Made by a program: the position numbers and the translations under genes
NCBI GenBank assembly: GCA_964035545.1
Contig: OZ037766.1
Location: 16,048,722 to 16,112,721 of the forward strand
DNA length: 64,000 nt
Direction: 5' to 3'
DNA from: Bugula neritina
Taxonomy: Eukaryota > Animalia > Bryozoa
Notes under the pieces: generated by a model
The model's database searches: none
What the model was told of the DNA's origin: nothing
Seen by the model: the letters and a program-made list of their open reading frames with translations, nothing else
Shown here: positions 52,701 through 64,000 of the stretch, in pieces
Layout: each line of letters starts with the position of its first letter
Position numbering within the stretch: the first letter of the stretch is position 1

Positions 52701-55700
52701 GGACCAGGTTCTCCTTTTGTTCCATTTGCTCCAGATGCACCAGGTTCACCCGTCGTTCCAGGCCAACCTGCAAAACCCCAAATTGCAATACTGTAATAAC
52801 AAATTTATAGCTATAAAAAGATTGTTCTAGAGTATTGTGTTTAAAACTATAATGTGCTTTTGTTTGAAGGCAACCAGTTCTATCAAAACTTTGAGTATGT
52901 TAAATCGGTTTTCATTTAATTACCAACTAGCTGTCATATCTAAACACATTATCGCATTGAACCAAAGCATCGTATTATATTCAAATTATTTAGTGTTACT
53001 ATGTTGACAATACAAATCTCATATACCTTGATCACCAGGTTCCCCTTTGGTACCATCTACTCCAGGAATTCCTGGAAGACCATCACTACCAGGTCTACCT
53101 CCTTCTCCAGGTCTTCCAATAGCACCCAAATCTCCTTTCTCACCTTTCTCACCCAAACCAGCCATACCCTTTTCCCCTGTAACAAAGTGTCAAATTAGTG
53201 AGGACTTTTATCTTTCTTCTGGACTAGCAGGATTTTTAATAACTATTTTAATATAAAATATTTAAAATTGACTATTTTTACCAAAAAATGCTTGGAGTTG
53301 CTGTTTTCTTACAAACAATAATTTTTACAGTTTGAGCATGTCTTGAAATATTATTCTATGGCAGGTGACCTCATTAACTTTTAACTAGCGTTCTTTTAAA
53401 ACTAAAAAATAAGTAATTGAAACGTAATGAATATGTCATTCTAAATACCTCTAACTCCTGGATAGCCGATTGCACCTCCCTCTCCCTTTTCTCCTTTAGG
53501 TCCACTGTTGCCGTCAGAACCTGGTTGCCCAGGTTCTCCAGGTTCACCATCTTGTCCAGGCACTCCTGGTGTTCCAACACCAGGCTCACCTTTTACTCCA
53601 GGATCTCCAAGATCTCCCTTTTCACCTTTCTCCCCAGCTATTCCAGGTGGACCTAAAAGCGTAGTCATATATAGAAATGTATTATCATGTAAGACAAACA
53701 AATAATTAGCATGTGAACACTCACGCACTCACTTTCTGTATCAATATTCAACACAACTAGGCTCTCCGGGTGCTCACCTAAAGCACTTGGGCTATAAACA
53801 TGTTTAGTTCTAAATCTTTTTTTCATCTTTAAATCACAAAACATATATGCATGTATCTTTTTATTTTCAATATTTATGAGTAAAAATCAACCATTATCTG
53901 AGAATATTTATTTGAAAATATTAATTGTCTCAAACACTTATGCAACATAATATGATTACCTTCTGCACCATCTTGCCCTGGAATTCCATTTTCTCCTCTG
54001 TCTCCTTTCATTCCATCAGTAGCAACTCCTGGTTCTCCCTTTTCTCCTTTATCTCCATTTTCACCTGATGATATTCACGCGATATTATTGTTGCGTTTAT
54101 ATAACACGTATTATAACTATCTTATGAGAACTATGATTTTAACACATACACACACGCACACATGTACGCACCCTCACACGCACCCACACATTATTGGCGA
54201 GTATTGAATTAGTAGACAGATAACTGTTGTCAACTTCTTTTCTCCAAAAAGCTATTTTCTATTTAGACATAAAATTAAGTTATAGGCAGCTACTAGAAAA
54301 TAGTAGGTATGCGAATGTGATTTTTGAACTATATTTTTGTTTCAGTTTTATACTGTTATCTTTAAAAAGACAGCTGGTAAAAAGCTTTTCTTTCACAACC
54401 ACATCAAATAATGGATAGCATTTATAGTTTGAAGATCAAGTGTTCAACAAATACTATTATGCTGTGTTTTATTCAAACCAATAATTGTTTTAGTTATTGA
54501 AAACATGTAGAGATGGAAGGTACACCAGAAATAGTTCTTAAGTAAGAATTTCAAGTCTACTACATTGCAAACAAACTCAGTACCTACATCAGAAACCCTG
54601 ATAATAACTAATCTATAGTTTCAGCACACGGAGTGTTTTACAATATAAGATTTATTTACCATTTATTCCATCTATTCCATCTATACCAGGCACTCCATCC
54701 TTTCCTGGATCTCCTTTCATACCATCATCACCTTTTAGCCCTCGTTCACCTGCATCTCCTTTCTGACCATCTTCTCCAGGCAGACCTATAAGTCCTTGTG
54801 TACCAGGTGCCCCTACAGTCATCCACACCACAAACTAGTAAACATGTTCTAGTTAGCAGCTTACACTGCATGGGATTGCTAATATTATGTCATTTGTTAC
54901 TTATTAAGCAAGCGGCGGATGAAAAAGTATTTTTCTGCTGAAGATGCTTTGATTATAATAGACTAAACTCTTCTGACATATAGTCAATAAGCAAAATTGG
55001 AATAAATTCTTACCCCCTGTTCATTTTTAGTTTTCAACTATTTTTTTTACCAAAATAACCAACACAATTTTTATAATATATTTTGATAAGTTGTTATACA
55101 ATGCAAAATTTTGAATTTAGTCATCATCAAGCTTTTAGCTGGAAATGAGAGTATATATAAATTTATATCTTATACTCTACATGATCTAGAGCTGAAAAAC
55201 TGTACTTATTTACATAAATGTATGATAGTATAAATCTTAACGTAAATATATTATGTGTGGAACTGTTTCCATTACCTGGTTCTCCTTTAGCTCCTTCAAA
55301 GCCAGGAATGCCATCAGCACCTGGGTCACCAACACCTGGCTCACCTTTCTCTCCCTTTTCACCTGTGAGAGGGGGAAGTGTTTCACCAACTTCACCTTTA
55401 TCTCCCTGCATAAAGCAAAGATCTGACCCAGTTTAGCATTACTAATATTTTACAATATGGAATCATACCAATACTTGAACTGACACCACTTCCTACTTTT
55501 CTAATTTACCATTTGAGGTATTAAGTAAAATGGCTAATATTCCACACTCAGATCTGGTATGTAACACCAACATGTTCATCGTGTACTTTATTTCAAAAAG
55601 CATAAATACATAAAAAGCAACTGCTCCCCGAGCACATTGCTCATATAGTAGTTTGACTGGCCCTTTGCTAATCTAAAGTTTAGACTACAAAATGGTGCAA

Positions 55701-58700
55701 GACTGCAAATAGTTATTATGATTTCGTAATTGTGAACACCGACCATTTTAAACATGCTGTAACAGTTGTTAACTAGCAACTAGTCCAGTACCAAGCTGTA
55801 GCCTATAATTTGGGAATTGAACTCACACAAAAAAACTATGCTGCACAACAATATTGCATATGAGAGCAATGATCTTTGACAATTACAGTTAATACAGCAG
55901 AAGTGCATGACTGCGTAGCACAAGAGTGTACCTTAATAGATATCCCAGGCACTCCTTTTGGTCCAGGCTCTCCAGGCTCTCCTTTCGGTCCTGCAATACT
56001 AGTTCCATTCATGCCTGGTTCTCCTTTTGGGGAGTCGATAGGGCCGGTTGTATCACAGGGACAGATACCAGCTTCACCCTACAATAATGCATGTTGAAAT
56101 ACGAACATATCATACATTGAAATTTGTAATGATGTAGTAAGACGATACACTATAATGGTACGTAATGATTACACAATGTGGTAATACATAATGATAACAC
56201 AATGTGGTAATACATAATGATAATACAATGCGTAATACATAATGATAACACAATGTCATAAAGCAATGCTGTATTATGCCAATGTCATATTGTACATTAT
56301 ATACAAATGCTAATATAAGTAATAAAACAATATTATAATGCAGTATAATAATACAATGTAGGACAGCATACACAATAGTTTTGAGCTCAACTTACGAAAT
56401 GATACAGAAGAAGAATAAAATATCACTCATATCCATTATTTAAACTTGTGTGGCAAACCAAAAATTTAAATAACTAAACTTCTTCAATTTTTATGAACTT
56501 TGATGAGGAGTAGCTATATAGTTAAAATTTTAGTAGGAATATTATAATTTCTTTTGCTAGATTGTTCATATTATATAGAACACAGGCTTTTGCCATTTTC
56601 ACCTTTACTGCTCATATTTCATATCTATACAGATCTAGCATTAAACTATAGCAAGACTGTCCAGAGGTGAGCTGTTTGTTTTGTTCTGGTAAATTGTGAG
56701 TAAAAGCTGAACAATTGAAATGAGCTAAGGGCTTGGAAACATATAATTTGTAGGCTTACCAATCCAAGAGGGATTTCCCATAACTTGAACAAACTTAAAT
56801 TATATATTGTTGGTAATGCTTTATGAAAGTTAGGTGTCTTTAGGACTAAGTCTACACCACACTATAGGAGTGATAAACTATTACAAGAGTGCTTGAAAGT
56901 GAAGTTCACAGTATTCCTTAAGGCCTGGCCTAATGCTCGTGAGAATCACACGAAACTCGTGTGACGATTTTCGTGAGTTATCCTCTCGTTTTGACCAGCC
57001 GCACACTCGTCGGCCGAAACACATAATAAATAGTTCGTGAATGAGTCTCGCACGTGATACAAACAGCAGAAAATTGCCAAACAGTGAAGCGTGGTAGAAA
57101 TGAAATAATTACTATTGCTAAAATTCTATTGACCAATCAAATGGTGCTTATCACTAATTGCGATTTTTCGTCCAACAAAGACAATTCCATTTGGATTTCC
57201 TCAAGTTTGTGTTTTCATGTCAAATAGATGATTTTGTGTGATTCTCACGAGTGTGTGGCCAGGCCTTTACAGCTATTTTGGGCCACAAAAGATTAAAAAT
57301 TCACAGATAAACAAAGAGGAGATTATTCCTCATCTGCTAAATATCAATTGTATGCCATATAGTATATTTTCTATATGTAAACTAATATTTGGATGGTTTG
57401 TGCTTCATGTATGACTTTGGTCATGTTTTTAAGAGAAAGTATACATACCTTATCTCCCTTGCTTCCATCTTTACCCATTATCCCCTACAAGAAAACACTG
57501 AGGGTGAGTAAACAGTGCTGTGAGCTCTACTAATAATAAACAATAAATAATCACGATGTTAAAATTAAAATATTTACACTAAGTTAGCATACAAGCCAGT
57601 TCAAAGTTAGAGAATTAATTCAGGAATCACCAACATTATTTTAGGTGCATTTGGTGAGGGTAGCAGCTATACATAATTATGGTGTAAAAAGCTGTGAAAT
57701 ATTTCAAAATGTTAAAACAGGAGATCAAGAAGTTAGCTTAATAATCTGTACTATACTACAACCATACTACAACATTATCATATTTATTATTAAATCAATA
57801 TGTAGAATGCATAAGCAAACATTAGTAAATAAACCTACCTTTGCTCCATCACAGCCAGGCAACCCATTGATACCAGGACGGCCAGGATCTCCAGCAGCAC
57901 CCTATAGCAAAATATTATTAAGTTGTCTTTTTTAATAATATATCAAGGTATGATGTCTATGATTTCAACAGCCTAAGTTCTTTAATTTTCATAGTAAATT
58001 TTTGTTTGAGTTGAAATTTTTATGAGAACATAACTTCTTTTTCCACATTTCTAGTCTAAAACGCATGCTTTTCCCAAGTTATCCATTACAGCAGCTACCT
58101 CACAGCTGTGCGGTGAAACACGTTACATTTCTACTGCAGTTGCAAGAATAACTTCTTGCAGCAGGCACTTGCTATTTCATTATTTAAGAACATCAAACAA
58201 CTTAACCTTCCAGGTTTAAGTAACTTGGCTGCATTATCTTTAATGAGCATACAGAAAACACAGCTACCCTCTTGTGTTGTAAACCAGTTGGTATTTCAAT
58301 TTGCAGTGAATAGAATTATTATACTTAAGTTACTGCTGTTACATGCATTTACAGATACTATTATGTATACTGACTGGTGTGCCGTCTTTTCCAGGTACTC
58401 CTGCTGGTCCCATTCTTCCCTGCAAGTAGAATTGGGTATTGCGAAGATAAGCTAAGATATAATACAACAATGATATATTTTAGGGCAGTTTGCCTGGTTA
58501 TTAAACTCCAGACAAATTTAATGGCAATGAATATTAACAGGCAGAGTGTGCTAGCTTTTGTATGCATACATTTAATTACAGAAAACAGGCAAATTGTAAA
58601 ATATAATTGTAAGTAATAAATTGCTTTTGGTTAATTGTTTTTCAAACAGACTTTCTTATTGTTTTTAACTTACAATTCTAGCAGATGTATATAAATATAC

Positions 58701-61700
58701 AGACAAGCATGGTGTGCCAAAGTTTGCAAGGGCTTACAAATTTACGTAGATTCTATAACAAGGGATGTTAATTATATATGAACACACCTCACATATGTAT
58801 GTTATTTGTAACCAGACTAAAAAGCCTCACTTTAATTTCTAATAAAGTAGGTTCCCCTTCAGTACATAAGCACATACACCACATGTTCAGGTTAGAAAGC
58901 AATTTTGGGTATGATTTCAAGGCTGACGAAACCTTTTTCTCCATTCACTAAGCTGGGTGTGTGGCGTTGGTTTTAATTTTTAATAATATTTATCTCGTTA
59001 AAACTGTAAAGGAAGTGCCTGCTCCTTGTACTAAGTATAGTCTTTGCTGGTAATAATAAGATAGTATTATTATATCCAGGCAATCACAGCTTGCTGATTT
59101 ATTGAAACTGGACAAAAGCTGATGTTAAATAACTTGACACACATAACGTCACTAAACTTTTAAAACAATGTTGAATAGTCAGTGTAAAGAACTAAAATAG
59201 CTAAAGACTGACTGTTAGAAACATGACTGGCTGTCCATCTAAACATCAACAAGCATGATTAACATCTCTGTTTATATACACTTGGTGCACATACTTTACT
59301 GATGAAAAGGAAAACTAAATGTTTCATTGTTTAACATTTAAATGATATGGAACTTTGTATTTGCACGTGTATTACAATATTTTGTCTTATCTTGTCATAC
59401 AAATATTATATCATGATATACTTGGAGCATTTATTAATCTGTTGCAGAGAACTACATAAATAGTTACTTTTACATAGAATGACAAGGCACTTTAATGATC
59501 AGTGCCAAAGTCAAGCCTAGTATATAATATTACATTATAATAAGACTGACTTCCATTCAAATTAGACTTTTCAACTTGCTGGCATTAAATGGACTAATTA
59601 GTAATTAGATTGTTATGAATATTACTGGTTGCTCATATCTTTCTTTCTCTTATGCCAGGTGAAAGTTATTGTAATGAGCATTTCAAAAAAGTAGTTATGT
59701 AGGCTTTAAAACAAATTAGTTGTTCATACCAATTATACATTACTAGTGCTTTTCTGTTACGTGAGTAATGAATTGCTATATAATAAGGTTAATGAGAAAT
59801 AGAGCAAAAACAACTGTTATCATTTTTCTTCCAGTAGATTTAATTGTCAGGGTATCATTGCCCGCAATTTCTTTTAAACCTGATATGTTGTACTGGTAGA
59901 GATAACATAATACTGCAATAGCTGTTTCATACTGTGGTAATATATACATGCACACTGTACGCTGTGAACATTCACTACAATCCGCTCACTTGTTTACAGT
60001 TTAAATACTTATTAACTCTAGTGTAAAGAAACCATCATTTGTAAATAGCTTTAACTAATTTTTGTATTGATAAAAAGGAATGCTTTAATAACAAAAACTT
60101 TTTATGCAGATTTTTCCTATAAAATGGTTTGTCTCTCATCATAACAAAAGGAATATTTTTGGTCAGCCTTTCTTCACCTAATCTCAACTTATTAGATGCA
60201 GAGCTAATATCTTGCATAGACACAATGAACTTATGAAAGAAAAACTAAAATTAAAGTCTTTTAGTCAGGCTAGGGACTGTAGATTCTCTCTTTAATAAAG
60301 CTTAAACGTAGCTTTAGGCCTTTACTGTATCACAGGAAAAATTTCTAATGGGTGCATTTCCTGACACTATCGATAGCCTTGCTAGGACTTCGCCCATCAG
60401 TCTATTAAATGTAGTCACTGAGCAACAACTTATTATTTAATAAAAATTCTAAACTATATTGAATTATATAGATTGTTCTAAAACCCTGCAGACTCCCTTA
60501 TGAAAAAACAGTTTTTTCCTAATATTTTAAGTAGGTAATACTGCTTGAAATTGTCAAATGTTGTTATAGATTTGCTATCCGGCTATTTATTATAAACCAG
60601 TGGTCATAAAATGAATATAACCTAACTAGTATATATATTACTACTTACAGTGTATCCTTGCACACCACGGTCTCCCTTTAACCCCATTTCTCCCTTTAAA
60701 CCTTGGCGGCCAGGCTCTCCAGGAACTCCTACAGATCCCGGAATGCCTTGCGAGCCCTCTGGCCCGAGCTCACCCTTTAAACATGAAATACAAGTTCTAA
60801 ACACGAAAATAATGTATGCAGCAATGACTAACAGGCTGAAACGTATCTATAAAACAAGAGAGATTTTAATTCAACTTTTTAGCTTGTACCTCTACGTCTG
60901 TAAACTCTAAATCAATTTGATAGGTTAGTGTACATGTAAGGAATTTGTAACTCCAATGTACAGATCCCGGTCCATAATGTACAAAATATTTTAAAAGTTC
61001 TGAAGATCTATATTAAGACACACTGACTGTATGGATAAATTAAACACACTTGAACTAGTAGAATTGTAAAGTTTATACTCACTGGTACACCCCTAGGCCC
61101 AGCAACTCCAGGTGGTCCCTGCATTCCCTATCAACAAAAGATCATTAAACTAAAATAATAATTGTACAGCATAGTTGCCTTATGATAAATAATAACACAT
61201 TCAGCTATAGCAAATTAGTGTACTACAATTATTAGAGCCCATCTTCTGTTGGGCCAATACAGCTTTAGAATGTAAAAATATGTCTATCATTATACAGAAA
61301 TAGGTTGCCTTATTAGCAAAAGCAAAGTTTAAGCAATATTTTTAATACAGACCTGCATAGTGTTTGAATATATTATGTTCATAATGCATTGAAGTACATA
61401 TTGAGATTAACATGAGTAAACATGTGCTGTATAAATATTAGTCTGCAAGATGCAAAAGTATATAAGAGAAAATCTCGCTAGACTTTGTGTTCACGTGGCA
61501 GCTGTGAGAAGATTGCTTGCAGAAATAACCTTTCATAAGCAAACGTTCAACCCCAGCAGTCTGGAATGACTGTCAAGTGATGTGGCTCCAACAGGTGTTA
61601 TGTATGTAGACATTACTATGATGGAAGTAAATTTTACGAAACTGGTAATTTGATATTAGTTTAAAACCATAGTATGTTGATAGACTACATAGTCTTCCAA

Positions 61701-63513
61701 TGTCTACTACTTTTTTTAAAAATATTGATGACTATTTAATGAGTGTAGATTCAACTTCAGCACATTGTCAATTTAAAACAATTTGTGTTTTAAATAATAT
61801 TATATTATATAGTAACTTTTAAAAAAGGTTATGCTAAATATGTTTGATCTACTATTCAAGATGCCATTTGCTATTTTGGTATTTCCTGAGCACTGTGCTA
61901 TAAGACTCGTACTGCAACTGTTTTCATAGATAACTTGAAAAAGACATTTAGTCATAAACCTAACAAAAGTATTCATTGTTGTATTTCAATGATAACTGCT
62001 GACTTATGTAATATTATGTCATGTCGCCTATATTTGACCTGATGAGCAGTACAGTGCTCTATTGTGACGCATGTCTGTATTATATGGAAAGTATGTTTAT
62101 ATTGTAGGAAGCTTCACGAATGTAGAAAAGAAACTGCAAAAAGTACCTATTAGAGGAAGAATAAAACAAAAGCTAAGTGTTACATGGCATAGGTAGATCT
62201 TGATCACGTAATGCAGCAGTGAAATTCACATAAGAGTTAGTGTAATACTGTGCTACTGTATAGGTATCTGAGTAATGTAACTAGCACAGTAAATGTGTTA
62301 ACAAACAAGCACCTGTCTTCCATCCAGTCCCGGCTCTCCGGCGACTCCCGCTGTGCCCTTCTCTCCTTTCTCACCTCTTTGCCCTGCTTCTCCTGGTCGA
62401 CCCACTTGCCCTCTTTCACCCGCATTACCAGGTCTTCCTTGAACACCCTAGTGATTATAAATAACATTCCATATAAGAGAACAAACAAAAATTTGTAGTC
62501 AGGTTTTGCCTTTATTTGATTAAAAATGGTGTTGGTATTTAGTTAAGCAAGGGTAATTAATTAAAAACAGCAGCCAAATGGCTTTTTAGTTAGGACAGAG
62601 AAAGTTTACTTCAGTCAGGGAATGAAGAATGATGTCCCAAGAGCATTGCCAATCAAACATTAAAACTTTAAACCAAGTGATTATACCATATTGTTATGGC
62701 TTTGCAAAGCTCACACTTATTGAGCAATAGTACTTACTCTGTCACCTTTTATCCCAAGACATTTGCATCCTCCTAGACACTGCGGATTTTGTGTGACAGG
62801 TGAGATTGTAGAAATCTGCAAATCATAAAAAGTTTTCCAGTAAGTTATATAGCCTACTCCCTCATTATAAACTCATTATATGCAGTAAGATAATGCTCCC
62901 ATTTCTCATGTATAGAATTTATATAGTAGAAAAGTGTACAACAAATTCATTTATATTTGAGTTTGCTTCTACAGAGAGGAAGAGAGAAATTCAAAATTTT
63001 CCTATAAGTACAGCTACAAAACTGATCAGAAAAATTGCAATAAGTAAATCTGTGACACTTCAAAAGAATAGTGTCAGTGGAAGCAGCTCTGAAATTAGAT
63101 TATTCAACATCATTTATAAGTCAGCATAGCTCACTATTCATTGTACTCAGCAAGATATCTACACATTTGAGTAGCAATAAAACTTTCATATCTGTTTATT
63201 TTGAGGCCCAATCTGACTAGATTACATAAAGATTGTATATACCTGCAGGCCAGACATTCATCTAATGACTATATTTTATTACAAGAGTAAGTGAGAGGCC
63301 CATAAAACCTTCAGGCTAATTGGCTCATACTAAATGAAAAAGAGACACTTACATTGGCTATGGGACTGATTGTAGTGGTTGTTGCGTTAGGTAAAGTTGG
63401 GAAAGTTGCGCCTTCAGGAAGATCGCCACGTTCCGGAAAAGCCCCATTTTTGGCGGCTGACGGATCAGCAGCAGCCGAATCGCTGCTGAATAATGTACTC
63501 AAAGTGAACTGAG
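46715..63513 (-). CDS. Type IV collagen alpha chain, short/divergent (5' signal-peptide exon beyond window); exons 63513-63353, 62815-62738, 62447-62313, 61127-61083, 60774-60649, 58419-58375, 57901-57839, 57484-57449, 56078-55932, 55405-55276, 54812-54660, 54064-53960, 53652-53449, 53176-53027, 52767-52678, 52219-52095, 51470-51263, 50880-50770, 50376-50296, 49329-49216, 49106-48948, 48596-48384, 48212-48012, 47802-47651, 47374-47240, 46975-46715
   Basis: 26 phase-consistent exons (~1,140 codons). They encode a 7S-like start [15 protein letters not shown] and an interrupted Gly-X-Y region. The NC1 domain is complete and tandem, with 12 Cys ([40 protein letters not shown] / HSQ..CP..W.GFSFLMH..SPGSCLE..IEC..GTC..SFWL..ISRCNVC). 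Confidence 0.95.
52345..52510 (+). mobile_element. tRNA-derived SINE-like element, copy 3 (diverged body)
   Basis: GGGAGCAGTGGTAGTTTAGTG (A-box-like) and AGTTTCAAACCC (B-box-like) head similar to the 29993 copy, followed by TAATTGCT. Confidence 0.5.
56170..56258. repeat. 26-bp minisatellite x~3.5 in a collagen intron
   Basis: (ACACAATGTGGTAATACATAATGATA)n. Confidence 0.85.
56921..57266. mobile_element. PIF/Harbinger-like MITE, 346 bp
   Basis: ~35-bp TIRs AGGCCTGGCC.....CTCGTGAGAATCACAC and its reverse complement. TTA target-site duplication at 56918-56920 and 57267-57269. Confidence 0.88.
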
Positions 63514-64000
63514 CTGAAAGTATACAAATCCCATGTTAATGATTAAACAGATGTTTAATTCTGATTTGCTCAAAAATGAGCTTTAAATAATTTATAGTTT
63601 CAGATGATTTCACCAGTTTAAATTCAGCAAGTCTGGTTGAGGACGCATAAATATAAACATTAAGCAGTTCAATTTTCGAAATTATACATAGTTGAGCAGC
63701 TTTTGAAGCGAAATTTGTATTAACACATTTCACAATTTAGTATATGTGTGCACAGTGTGGGCTGTTTGCAATTTCCAATTAAAATTGCAAAATTACTTGA
63801 ATATTACTCTAAAGGCACACCTGTCAATACTATTAGTAACTGTTTCAGGTTAAATAAATGTTTTGTCCTTAACAAACACATCTAAATTATAAATTCTTAT
63901 TTAGTTATATATAACCAGCATGTCAATAGCATATTATAGCTAAGGCCATTTAATCCAAAAAATATATGGAATTTTTTTTCAGGTTTCCATCAGTGCATAA

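Noticed and set aside
56170-56258. CRISPR-like array
   Set aside because: Eukaryotic intron with contiguous tandem units and no unique spacers; it is a minisatellite.
58932-58947. Collagen-like NGEKG fragment as a micro-exon
   Set aside because: Its phase 1-1 boundaries are incompatible with the flanking phase-0 exons.
48144-62498. Plus-strand Pro/Ser/Phe-rich ORFs (e.g. 53047-53256, 53508-53705, 55218-55436, 60650-60910)
   Set aside because: Antisense reading of collagen Gly-X-Y exons.

Overview
AT-rich, intron-rich genomic DNA from an invertebrate animal, probably a lophotrochozoan judging by the annexin repeat II/III linker. Most entries in the ORF track are intronic noise or antisense shadows, so gene models were rebuilt by hand from GT-AG boundaries and exon phases. 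From left to right: (1) the 3' part of a ZDHHC21-like palmitoyltransferase (+). (2) A complete LRMDA/C10orf11 orthologue (+) with a U12-type minor intron. (3) A small divergent FAM241/DUF4605-like membrane protein gene (-), tail-to-tail with LRMDA and head-to-head with the next gene. (4) A 15-exon annexin (A7/A11-like, +, ~658 aa) with a very long low-complexity N-terminus and an alternative terminal exon predicted to give a core-less ~189-aa protein. (5) An unrecognised 2-exon gene nested antisense in the largest annexin intron, encoding a 142-aa protein with a signal peptide and C-terminal membrane anchor. (6) An atypical short type IV collagen (-, 26 exons in the window, 5' end beyond it) with an RGD-bearing Ser/Thr-rich N-terminal extension and an altered NC1 chloride-switch motif. 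Introns carry several MITEs and a tRNA-derived SINE family. Both convergent gene pairs appear to share opposed poly(A) signals, and TTATA(C/G) hexamer arrays cluster near gene 5' ends.
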